Assembly: GCA_964469495.1 (NCBI GenBank)
Contig: CAYXYY010000030.1
Location: forward strand, 76,262-133,102
Reading direction: 5' to 3'
DNA from: an uncultured Planctomycetia bacterium
Lineage (GTDB): Bacteria > Omnitrophota > Gorgyraeia > S143-82
Length of the DNA: 56,841 bases
Under the pieces are notes generated by a model. It worked only from the letters and a program-made list of their open reading frames with translations. It made no database searches and was not told the DNA's origin. The first letter of the stretch is position 1; the number at the start of each line of letters is the position of its first letter. The position numbers and the translations under genes are program-made. Positions 9,776 to 18,143 of this stretch are shown piece after piece.

Positions 9776-11074
9776 TTACAATAGCCCTATTCTCTTATAT
9801 ATCTGTGAAACATTTTTCGTAAACCTATCGGGAGAAAAAATGGATTCTATTTCCTTTTTTGAAAGCAGGTTCAATATATCCTTATCAGACAAAACCAGTC
9901 CCTTAAAATCCTTCTTTTCCTTCCATGCTTGCATAGCGTTTCTCTGAACCATATCATATGCAACCATTCTTTCAACACCTTTATCCATAAGAGCGCCCAA
10001 CAAAGACTGTGAATATATCAAGTTAAAACTCTTGTTTATATTCTCTTGTATATTCTCCTCGTAAATAGTCAAATCCTTCACAATAAATTTCATCTTTTCA
10101 AGCATATAATCAGCCAATATAGTCGTGTCCGGAAAGATTACGCGTTCAACAGACGAATGGCTTATATCCCTCTCGTGCCACAAGGCAATATTCTCCATAG
10201 CAGCAATCACGTTTGAACGCATAAGCCGAGCCATCCCTGTAATGCGTTCACACAAAATAGGATTACGCTTATGAGGCATAGCAGAAGAACCTTTTTGTCC
10301 CTTTTTAAACGGCTCTTCCCATTCCAAGACTTCGGTCCTTTGAAGGTGCCTTATCTCTGTTGCAAACCTTTCTAAACAAGCGCCTAAAACAGCAAGGCTT
10401 GAGATATACTCTGCGTGCCTGTCGCGAGGCACCACCTGCGTAGCAATCATCGCAGGCTTAAGCCCCAATGCACCACACACATACTCCTCTATCTCCGGGC
10501 CGTTGTGCACAAAATTACCAACTGCGCCTGAAAGTTTTCCAACAGCAACCTGCCTGCGCGCGTTCTCTATGCGTTCATATGCCCTTGAAAGCTCGTCGAA
10601 AAACAATGCAAACTTCAAACCAACTGTAATAGGCTCTGCATGAACACCGTGAGTCCGCCCCATACACAACACGTCCTTATATCTAATGGCCTTTTCTTTG
10701 ACTAAATCTTTCAATTCATTCAATTGTTTTAAGATGATATCCGTTGCCTGTGAAATCTGCAGGCCAAAAGAGGTGTCAAGCAAGTCATTAGAAGTAAGCC
10801 CTTTGTGAAAATACTGCGCATAACTGCCAAGATACGACGTTACATTTGTAATAAAGGCAACGATATCGTGATTTGTTTTTTCTTCTATGCGGTCTATCTC
10901 GTCAACGTCAAACCTTGCAAATTCCTTAATCTTTGCTACTGCATCTGCGGGAACAATCCCCATCAACTTACTCTGCGCCTCTAAAGTCAACAGCTCCACC
11001 TTTAACATCAAGGCAAATTTGTTTTCCTTACTCCATATCTTGGCCATCTCCGGCCGACTATAGCGATCAATCAT
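9776..11074 (-). CDS. purB: Adenylosuccinate lyase
   Basis: MIDRYSRPEM, GRTHGVHAEP, signature GSSAMPHKRNP. Confidence 0.97.
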   Translation of the reverse strand: MIDRYSRPEMAKIWSKENKFALMLKVELLTLEAQSKLMGIVPADAVAKIKEFARFDVDEIDRIEEKTNHDIVAFITNVTSYLGSYAQYFHKGLTSNDLLDTSFGLQISQATDIILKQLNELKDLVKEKAIRYKDVLCMGRTHGVHAEPITVGLKFALFFDELSRAYERIENARRQVAVGKLSGAVGNFVHNGPEIEEYVCGALGLKPAMIATQVVPRDRHAEYISSLAVLGACLERFATEIRHLQRTEVLEWEEPFKKGQKGSSAMPHKRNPILCERITGMARLMRSNVIAAMENIALWHERDISHSSVERVIFPDTTILADYMLEKMKFIVKDLTIYEENIQENINKSFNLIYSQSLLGALMDKGVERMVAYDMVQRNAMQAWKEKKDFKGLVLSDKDILNLLSKKEIESIFSPDRFTKNVSQIYKRIGLL

Positions 11075-11168
11075 ACTGCCTCCAAAACTTGACTGACAAC
11101 AAACAACCCAATAAGAGACTAAATAATAACATCAAAACGTCCGGATAGTAAACAAAAATAAAGGCTAA

Positions 11169-11924
11169 TTAACCGGGATCCTTTAATTTCCTAAACAAAT
11201 CATAATAACCGCTTAGTTTAGCCCATAACACAATCCCTTTATCAGAATCCTTTATCTTAATACGCCTCAATGCATAACAATCCACAGATTTAGAATATCC
11301 CCGGTTAGTCGTAACAGCAACATCAAAACCGGCCTTTTTTACCAAAGACTGAATATCACGGGTATATCTGCCTTCAGGATAAGAAAATGCCGATATCCGA
11401 TGGCCTAAAACAGACTCTAACCTCCTTTTAGACTGCCTGATTTCATAATCCGGACTTTCACATTCAGGCAAATAAGCGTGATTCTCTGTATGTGCCCCAA
11501 TATCAACAGGCGTATTGCTGTCCAAAAACACCAAATCCTTTTCATTCATAAACCCGTCATTGCCTATCTTTCCGGTTATAATAAATATAGTTGCGGGGAA
11601 ATTATATTCACTCAAGATCCTTCCCATTTTTACGTTGTCCTTATATCCATCATCACTGGTAATCACAACACTGCGCCTTGGCATTTTACCATTCTTTAAA
11701 TAAGCACATAATTCTGTTAAGCTCAAAACCTTATAATGGTGTCTTTTTATAAAATCCATTTGCCGTCTAAAAGACGTCTCGGACACGGATAACAGCCCTT
11801 TTTCTCCATTGCTAATAGAATGATACATGATAATGGGCGGATAATACTGCGTCCGCGCCCAAAAGATAGCCAGCACAAAAACCACAACAATTACCAATGG
11901 GAGCTTTCTCTTTATTTTTTTCAT
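11169..11924 (-). CDS. Polysaccharide deacetylase (CE4/NodB, IcaB-like), membrane-anchored
   Basis: N-terminal TM, IMYHSI, ITSDDGY, GAHTENH, FSYPEG. Confidence 0.88.
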   Translation of the reverse strand: MKKIKRKLPLVIVVVFVLAIFWARTQYYPPIIMYHSISNGEKGLLSVSETSFRRQMDFIKRHHYKVLSLTELCAYLKNGKMPRRSVVITSDDGYKDNVKMGRILSEYNFPATIFIITGKIGNDGFMNEKDLVFLDSNTPVDIGAHTENHAYLPECESPDYEIRQSKRRLESVLGHRISAFSYPEGRYTRDIQSLVKKAGFDVAVTTNRGYSKSVDCYALRRIKIKDSDKGIVLWAKLSGYYDLFRKLKDPG

Positions 11925-11925
11925 A

Positions 11926-12483
11926 TCATTCCTGCCTTCGGTTTAACATAACGTTTTCAATAAAAGCCCGGCTATACTTGCGTCCGGAAAAAGACCACTC
12001 CACATCTAACTTAACAACCGACGGCAAAGAACTTATAGACCTCTGCCAATGGTCGGTCTTATAAAAAAACGCGGCGGTTGAAACACCTTTAATCAATGGC
12101 TCAAATTCTCCATTTATTGTCGCCAAATTGTCATCGGCAGGAGACTCCACAGCCCTTTCCAATATACCGTTATTCAAACGATAATGAATCTCACATAAGG
12201 CATTTTTTCTGCCCTTTTTGATATAAGAAAAAAATCCAAAAGCAGAATCATTTCCCTGCGCCCCGCAACACATAGAAGAGATATCCCTTGCAAAAATTTC
12301 AGATAATATTCTCACGTCCTGACGATAAGACGACTCTATCTCGCCCCTGTGAAACATCTTATTGAATCCACGGAAAAGCAGATACGCGCTTGCTATAATA
12401 AACCCGAATATGCTGACAGCTATCAGCATCTCCACCAAAGTCATCGCTCCGCGCTTTAACAAACGCTTACCAATACACGACAT
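11926..12483 (-). CDS. Prepilin-type N-methylation domain protein (GspJ-like pseudopilin)
   Basis: Class III signal KRGA/MTLVEMLIAVSIFGFII with Glu at +5. Confidence 0.8.
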   Translation of the reverse strand: MSCIGKRLLKRGAMTLVEMLIAVSIFGFIIASAYLLFRGFNKMFHRGEIESSYRQDVRILSEIFARDISSMCCGAQGNDSAFGFFSYIKKGRKNALCEIHYRLNNGILERAVESPADDNLATINGEFEPLIKGVSTAAFFYKTDHWQRSISSLPSVVKLDVEWSFSGRKYSRAFIENVMLNRRQE

Positions 12484-12622
12484 TTCTGACTAATAAAGCA
12501 AATATGCCTGTTAAGATCAAATAAGCTGCCACCAGATAATTTAACAAATGCGGATAAATCAAAATGAGAACACCTATAATAATAGACGTTATAGGACTAA
12601 TAATACTGAGCAAAAACAACAT
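12467..12622 (-). CDS. Small membrane protein, DUF3096-like (51 aa; below the ORF-track cutoff)
   Basis: MLFLLSIISPITSIIIGVLILIYPHLLNYLVAAYLILTGIFALLVRNVVYW with SD GGAGG 6 nt upstream; G-L-I-L-x-x-P-x-L-L-N-Y-x-V-A-x-Y-L pattern recalled as DUF3096. Confidence 0.75.
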   Translation of the reverse strand: MLFLLSIISPITSIIIGVLILIYPHLLNYLVAAYLILTGIFALLVRNVVYW

Positions 12623-12731
12623 AAAACACCTCCAATAGAACTTGTTTTCTGATACCCTGCGCCGCGCGTAATAATTTTATCAATAACACACATTTATTTT
12701 AAAAGACACTCATAATAATTTTCACAAAGAG

Positions 12732-12740
12732 ATTATACCA
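12732..12740 (-). promoter_or_regulatory. Extended -10 promoter for the small membrane protein-pseudopilin-deacetylase genes
   Basis: Minus strand TGGTATAAT about 110 nt upstream of the ATG at 12622. Confidence 0.5.
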
Positions 12741-12785
12741 TACAGGCAGGCCTTTTAACAAATATCTTGCTGATTCTATGTCTAT

Positions 12786-12818
12786 AAAAAAAGAGGGCAG
12801 ATTAAACTCTGCCCCCTT
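12786..12818 (-). terminator. Intrinsic terminator after the histone-like gene
   Basis: Minus strand AAGGGGGCAGA-gtttaa-TCTGCCCTCTTTTTTT: stem of 7 or more bp followed by a U tract, 23 nt after the stop. Confidence 0.8.
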
Positions 12819-12840
12819 ATAAACAACTCGAAAAATTAGA

Positions 12841-13197
12841 CTATTTTTTCTTTTTAGCCGTCTTTTTAACAGCCTTCTTAGCTGTCTTCTTTACAGCTTT
12901 TTTGACGGTTTTCTTAGCTGTTGTCTTCTTAGCAACTTTTTTCTTTGTTGTTTTTTTCGCAGCTGCTTTCTTCACTGTCTTTTTGGCGACTTTCTTCTTG
13001 GTGGTTTTCTTAGCTGTCTTCTTCACAGCCTTTTTGACAGTTTTCTTAGCCGTTGTCTTCTTAGCAACTTTCTTCTTGGTTGTTTTTTTCGCAGCTGCTT
13101 TCTTCACTGTCTTTTTGGCAACTTTCTTAGCTGTTGCTTTCTTTGCCACCTTTTTCTTTGGAGCAGCCTTTTTAGTTGTTCTTTTAGCTACTGCCAT
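12841..13197 (-). CDS. Histone H1-like Lys/Ala/Thr/Val-rich DNA-binding protein (chlamydial Hc2-like composition), 118 aa
   Basis: MAVAKRTTKKAAPKKK...; nearly half Lys, no acidic residues; SD GAGGGGG before the ATG at 13197; own promoter and terminator. Confidence 0.85.
   Translation of the reverse strand: MAVAKRTTKKAAPKKKVAKKATAKKVAKKTVKKAAAKKTTKKKVAKKTTAKKTVKKAVKKTAKKTTKKKVAKKTVKKAAAKKTTKKKVAKKTTAKKTVKKAVKKTAKKAVKKTAKKKK
12871..13128 (-). repeat. Internal duplication with 132-bp (44-aa) period in the histone-like gene
   Basis: KKVAKKTVKKAAAKKTTKKKVAKKTTAKKTVKKAVKKTAKK occurs twice (V26 and V70 equivalent), with synonymous DNA differences. Confidence 0.85.
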
Positions 13198-13247
13198 ATC
13201 CACCCCCTCGTAAATTGGTTGAAACAAAAACCCCACTCACATAATTA

Positions 13248-13277
13248 AAGATAACACAATAATTAACACATCGTCAA
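13248..13277 (-). promoter_or_regulatory. Promoter of the histone-like gene
   Basis: Minus strand TTGACG-18 nt-TATCTT with TG extended -10, in an AT-rich region. Confidence 0.5.
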
Positions 13278-13383
13278 GAAAATAAAAGAACAAAAATAAA
13301 AAAGATTAATAAACAAACAAAAACATTTCTTAATTTATCGTCGAGAATCTTTTCTCCAAAATAAAAAATAAATTTTATTTTTC

Positions 13384-15129
13384 TTATCTTCTATACAGTG
13401 GCCTTGCTGTGTATTCTGTATGAAGAAGGCTGTGCGATTTTTCGCTTAATGGAGCATCTAAAAATTCTTCGTACAATTTTTGGACATACGAATTCTTGTG
13501 AGAACATCTGACTGAAAGGTGTTCATCCTCTGAATAAAGGCCCTGCGCGCGTTTCTGCCTAATCTCGTCATTAATCCCATAAGGCTGTCCTCCACCGCCG
13601 ATACATCCGCCGGGACAGGCCATCACTTCTATAAAATGATAGGGCAATTCCTTGCCTTCAGCCTTTGCCTTTCTAACCCGTTCTATTACCTGTTCAACAT
13701 TGCTTAAACCATGAGCAACGGCAATCTTCACATCTATCCCGTTTATGTGCACAATCGTTTCCTTCACGCCGGTCAAACCTCTAACGGTCGTGAACTCAAC
13801 ACGGTCTAATTCCTCGCCTGTAATAAAGTGATAAGCAGTGCGCAGTGCAGCCTCCATCACGCCACCCGTTGCGCCAAATATCGTGCCTGCGCCGGAATAG
13901 TCTCCCAAGATGTGGTCCGGGTCCTCTTCATCCAAATTGTTAAAATCAATCCCTGCCTGCTTAATCATTCTCGCCAATTCCCTCGTAGTTAATGCAACGT
14001 CCACATCCTGAACACCTGAACTATACATAGATTTTGAACGGCTCGTTTCAAACTTCTTGGAAGTGCACGGCATAATAGAGACAACAAACATATTCTCCTT
14101 TTCAATTCCCGCCTTTTGCGCATAATACGTCTTTGCCAAGGCGCCCAACATCTCGTGCGGGGATTTGGCGGAAGAAAAATGTTCTATCATATCTGAATGA
14201 AACTTCTCCATAAAATCAACCCATGAAGGGCAACACGTCGTAATCAGAGGCAATGGCCCTTTGCCGTCTTTAAATCTTGCAACAAATTCAGAGGCCTCTT
14301 CCATAATAGTCACGTCTGCGCCAAAATTGGTATCAAACACCGCCTCAAAACCAAGCCTTCTAAGCATTGCATAGATTTTACCCGTTAAATTGGTCCCCAC
14401 TGGATACCCAAAAAGCTCTCCCAAGGCAACCCTGACAGCAGGGGCAATCTGCACGACACAATGTTTAGATTCATCCTGCAAAGCAGCCCAAACCTCTCTG
14501 GTCTGATCTTTCTCAAAAATAGCGCCTGTCGGACAATGCGCAGAACATTGTCCACACTTAACACAAGGAGAATCATTTAATCCGATTTCTCCCGCAGGAG
14601 AGATGCGCGTATTAATACCTCTGCCTATAAAAGACAACGCCCAGACATCCTGCATCTCTTGGCATACCTCAATACACCTGCCACAAAGGATACACTTTTC
14701 AGGATGCAATTCAATACTCGGCGTGGTCGTATCTTCAGGAATAGCGCGCAAAAAATTCTCAAAAGGGTTTTCCCTTATGGCAAAGTCAGCGCTCAAAGAC
14801 TGCAATTCACAGTTGTTGTTTCTGCCACACTTCAAACAATCATTCGGATGGTTAGACAATATCAATTCCAAAACAGTCCGGCGGACTTCCACAATCTCAG
14901 GATCATGAGTAATAATATCCATACCGTCCTCTATAGGAGTTGCGCATGCCCGCAACATCTTATTGGAGCCCTTTATTTTCACAATACACAAACCACACGC
15001 AGCAGAAGCAGGCAAATCAGGATGTTTGCATAACGTTGGGATATTTATCTGCGCAGACTTGGCAGCGTCCAAAATACTCGTACCTTCTCCAACAATTACT
15101 TCTATACCATTGATAAACGCCTTTGCCAT
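13384..15129 (-). CDS. hydA: [FeFe]-hydrogenase catalytic subunit, group A multimeric type (HydA/HndD-like)
   Basis: H-cluster motifs TTCCPSW, MPCTSKKFE, EVMACPGGCIGGGGQP; N-terminal 2Fe-2S, His-ligated 4Fe-4S (HxxxCxxC) and 2x4Fe-4S domains. Confidence 0.96.
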   Translation of the reverse strand: MAKAFINGIEVIVGEGTSILDAAKSAQINIPTLCKHPDLPASAACGLCIVKIKGSNKMLRACATPIEDGMDIITHDPEIVEVRRTVLELILSNHPNDCLKCGRNNNCELQSLSADFAIRENPFENFLRAIPEDTTTPSIELHPEKCILCGRCIEVCQEMQDVWALSFIGRGINTRISPAGEIGLNDSPCVKCGQCSAHCPTGAIFEKDQTREVWAALQDESKHCVVQIAPAVRVALGELFGYPVGTNLTGKIYAMLRRLGFEAVFDTNFGADVTIMEEASEFVARFKDGKGPLPLITTCCPSWVDFMEKFHSDMIEHFSSAKSPHEMLGALAKTYYAQKAGIEKENMFVVSIMPCTSKKFETSRSKSMYSSGVQDVDVALTTRELARMIKQAGIDFNNLDEEDPDHILGDYSGAGTIFGATGGVMEAALRTAYHFITGEELDRVEFTTVRGLTGVKETIVHINGIDVKIAVAHGLSNVEQVIERVRKAKAEGKELPYHFIEVMACPGGCIGGGGQPYGINDEIRQKRAQGLYSEDEHLSVRCSHKNSYVQKLYEEFLDAPLSEKSHSLLHTEYTARPLYRR

Positions 15130-15131
15130 AA

Positions 15132-16880
15132 TTACCTCTTCTCTATTGCGCCAAACTTACAGACCTCATAACACTGCCCGCACTTTATACATTTCTCTTG
15201 TTGTATAACATAACCTTTTTCCCTGTCTCCTGTAATCGCGCCGACAGGACAAACCCTGAAACAAGCCCCACACTTAACACACTTCTCGCTAACGATAAAG
15301 AACCTGAGCAGGCCCTGACATTTCCCAACTTTACAGGTTTTTTCCACGACGTGTTCCTTATATTCTTCCTCAAAGTACTTGAGTGTTGATAAAACAGGAT
15401 TAGGGGCAGTTTGCCCCAATCCACAAAGAGAGGCCTTCTGCATAGCAAAGGCTATCTTGCGAAGTTTATCCAAATCATTCAGGTCTCCCTTTCCCTCAGA
15501 TATCTTAGTTAGCACGTTCAACATCTGAAACCCGCCGATCCTGCACGGAGCGCACTTGCCACAGGACTCATCCACACAAAATTTCAAATAAAACTTGGAG
15601 ATATCAACCATACAATCCTCTTCACTCATCACAATCATACCGCCAGATCCCATAATAGAACCCAGCTTTTGCAAGTTCTCATAATCAACAGGGGTATCCA
15701 AAAGCCTTTCAGGAATAACACCTCCTGAAGGGCCTCCCGTCTGCACGGCCTTTATCGGCATATTATTTAATACCCCTCCGCCTATATCAAAAACAATCTG
15801 ACGCAAGGTAATGCCCATTGGCACCTCTATAAGGCCTGAATTGTTTATCTTTCCTGTCAGCGCAAACACCTTAGTCCCCTTGGAAGTCTCCGTACCAATA
15901 GAAGAAAAGGCCTCTGCTCCTTTTTCAAATATATAAGAGACATTAGCCAATGTCTCAACATTATTAATAACTGTTGGTTTGCCCCACAATCCCTTTATAG
16001 AAGGATATGGGGGACGCGGACTTGGCGTGCCTCTCTTGCCTTCAATAGATGCAATCAATGCCGTCTCCTCCCCGCAAACAAATGCACCTGCGCCCAATCT
16101 TATCTCCAATTCAAAGGAAAAACCCGTGCCGAAAATATTCTCTCCCAAAAACCCTTTTGACTTGGCATCGGCTATCGCCTTTTCAACCCTTTCAATCGCA
16201 AGAGGATATTCCGCCCTTATATAGAAGAATCCCCTTGATGCTCCGAGAGCATACCCGGCAATAATCATCCCTTCTATAACAGAATGAGGATCTCCCTCTA
16301 AAATACTCCTGTCCATATACGCGCCGGGATCGCCTTCGTCGGCATTACATATAATAAACTTCTCATCTGCCTGAGTATTCCTTGCAAAATTCCACTTCAT
16401 CCAAGTGGGAAACCCTCCACCCCCTCGGCCTCTAAGCCCGCTCGCCTTTACCTGCTCTATAACATCGTCATTAGACACTGAAAGCGCTTTTTTCGCGCCC
16501 TCATATCCGCCACTTGCAATATATTCCTCTATATTTTCAGGATCAATCAACCCGCAATTGCGTAAAACAATCCTCTTTTGAAGATTCGGCATTTCAACTG
16601 CAAGGGAATCTATTCTTTCATCGCCTTTGATGCTCTTTTCTACAATCTCTGGAATATTCTCTTCAGAAAATCCGGCATACATAATATTTTGCGGCCAAAT
16701 TCTCACAATCCAGCCTTTATTATACAAACCTATATCTGCCACCCTGATTACCTGCACGCGGTTATGAACAATCTCCGAGCGAAGGGCCTTTGCAAACAGG
16801 ATAGCAAGATCTCTGGTCCTGGCGCTCTCTTGAGAATCCGTATCCCTAACAAAGATGATTTTTTGAGTTATACCCATCAT
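15132..16880 (-). CDS. hydB: NADH/FMN-binding hydrogenase subunit (NuoF-like; HydB/HndC-like)
   Basis: SGLRGRGGGGFPT, CNADEGDPGAYMDR, GAGAFVCGEETAL, GGPSGG, ESCGKCAPCRIG, C-terminal 2x CxxCxxCxxxC. Confidence 0.94.
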   Translation of the reverse strand: MMGITQKIIFVRDTDSQESARTRDLAILFAKALRSEIVHNRVQVIRVADIGLYNKGWIVRIWPQNIMYAGFSEENIPEIVEKSIKGDERIDSLAVEMPNLQKRIVLRNCGLIDPENIEEYIASGGYEGAKKALSVSNDDVIEQVKASGLRGRGGGGFPTWMKWNFARNTQADEKFIICNADEGDPGAYMDRSILEGDPHSVIEGMIIAGYALGASRGFFYIRAEYPLAIERVEKAIADAKSKGFLGENIFGTGFSFELEIRLGAGAFVCGEETALIASIEGKRGTPSPRPPYPSIKGLWGKPTVINNVETLANVSYIFEKGAEAFSSIGTETSKGTKVFALTGKINNSGLIEVPMGITLRQIVFDIGGGVLNNMPIKAVQTGGPSGGVIPERLLDTPVDYENLQKLGSIMGSGGMIVMSEEDCMVDISKFYLKFCVDESCGKCAPCRIGGFQMLNVLTKISEGKGDLNDLDKLRKIAFAMQKASLCGLGQTAPNPVLSTLKYFEEEYKEHVVEKTCKVGKCQGLLRFFIVSEKCVKCGACFRVCPVGAITGDREKGYVIQQEKCIKCGQCYEVCKFGAIEKR

Positions 16881-17176
16881 TACTCCATTATTAAAAATAT
16901 ATGGTCGTTAAATACATTATGCGCGCACAAATGATTTTCAACTATCTTCAAGGCAATATCTTTATCCACTTTGCCATAAACAACCCGTGGTAAACCGGCT
17001 ATGTTCACCTCAACCAAAGGTTCCGCAAAACACATTCCCAAACAACCAGTCTTCTTCACCTCAACGGCCAAATCGCGTTTTAAGATTTCTTCCTTCAAAA
17101 CATCATACACATCCTGCGCGCCAGCTGCCAAACCGCAAGTGCTCATTCCTATGCGAACGTATCCTTTACTCGACAT
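16880..17176 (-). CDS. Thioredoxin-like (2Fe-2S) ferredoxin subunit (HydD/HndB-like)
   Basis: VRIGMSTCGLAAGA...TGCLGMCFAEPLVEV...YGKV; coupled to hydB. Confidence 0.88.
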   Translation of the reverse strand: MSSKGYVRIGMSTCGLAAGAQDVYDVLKEEILKRDLAVEVKKTGCLGMCFAEPLVEVNIAGLPRVVYGKVDKDIALKIVENHLCAHNVFNDHIFLIME

Positions 17177-17179
17177 AAA

Positions 17180-17650
17180 TCACTTCCTTTGAGACTCCAT
17201 ATACTGTGACAACACACCAGAAACCTCTTCGGGACGCACCTTCCCGAAAACCTTATCGTCCACCATAATCACAGGAGCCAGGCCACAACACCCAAGGCAC
17301 CTAACAACCTCCAATTGGAAAAGCCCGTCTTCCGTTGTCCCGCCTTCATCAACACCCAAAAGCTTTTTAAGCTCCTCTATCAATAACGGCGCGCCCTTCA
17401 AATAACAAGCCGTCCCCATGCACACAGAAATCTTGTGTTTCCCCGGAGGATTCAAGTTAAAGAGGTGATAAAAACTGATTACCTCATATATCCTTGCCAA
17501 AGGTATGTCCATAACCTCAGACAACGCCAAAGCGGCATCCCTGGGGATATACCCATATTCATCTTGAAGCTCATGAAGAACCATTATGAGATTGCCCCTC
17601 TTGCCTTCCCACCTCTTTGCTATGGATTTAATCTTTTCTTGATTGCTCAT
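17180..17650 (-). CDS. hydC: NuoE-like 2Fe-2S subunit (HydC/HndA-like)
   Basis: LHELQDEYGYIP, VCMGTACYLKG, RCLGCCGLAP. Confidence 0.93.
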   Translation of the reverse strand: MSNQEKIKSIAKRWEGKRGNLIMVLHELQDEYGYIPRDAALALSEVMDIPLARIYEVISFYHLFNLNPPGKHKISVCMGTACYLKGAPLLIEELKKLLGVDEGGTTEDGLFQLEVVRCLGCCGLAPVIMVDDKVFGKVRPEEVSGVLSQYMESQRK

Positions 17651-17674
17651 TATTAATCCCTCTGCTTTTGCCTG

Positions 17675-17703
17675 ATATTATGCTACATAATCTTTCATGT
17701 CAA
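17675..17703 (-). promoter_or_regulatory. Promoter of the hydrogenase operon with an overlapping palindrome
   Basis: Minus strand TTGACA-17 nt-TAATAT; inverted repeat ATTATG-cta-CATAAT at 17677-17691. Confidence 0.55.
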
Positions 17704-17940
17704 GTTTTTTCGCAAAAATCTAATTTTCCCGCCGATAAAACTTACTATAAAATTTCAAAAAGTTAGCACAATCTAACATTCCAAACAAAACATTTGTTAT
17801 TTTGCTGTCATCTCAATTATATGTCCTGCTATCTTTTCCAAGGGCAAAACAGCGCTTACTAAAAAATAACAGTGGTTCGGTTCCCTGAAAAAATCCGTTC
17901 TATTTCTCATTATAGCATCTATTAATGATAAAATGCCCTT

Positions 17941-18108
17941 TTAAACCCTCTCCATATCATCCAGAACAACATTCATATCAGACAGTGTCTGTTTTGTCTC
18001 ATTAACCACGTCTTTTAAATCAGACAGGACCTCGCGCATAACGGCCTTGCTCTGACCAATAAGTCCATTTGTGCCGATCTGTCCTGCCCCTGAAAAAGCA
18101 AAAAACAC
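17941..18108 (-). CDS. Possible small protein (55 aa, GTG start) with amphipathic/coiled-coil C-terminus, or gene remnant
   Basis: VFFAFSGAGQIGTNGLIGQSKAVMREVLSDLKDVVNETKQTLSDMNVVLDDMERV; TGTTATAAT at 18143-18151 upstream; weak SD. Confidence 0.3.
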   Translation of the reverse strand: MFFAFSGAGQIGTNGLIGQSKAVMREVLSDLKDVVNETKQTLSDMNVVLDDMERV

Positions 18109-18143
18109 ATCAGAGGCTTTCCGATCAATAAAACAAGGATATA

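Noticed and set aside
12708-12727. Rex-like half site TTCACAA, and a similar half match near 17742-17760
   Set aside because: Only one half matches the 18-bp Rex consensus, which is expected by chance in AT-rich DNA.
12902-13213. 103-aa very hydrophobic plus-strand ORF (VFLAVVFLATFF repeats)
   Set aside because: It is the antisense mirror of the Lys/Ala codons of the histone-like gene; promoter, SD and terminator all support the minus strand.
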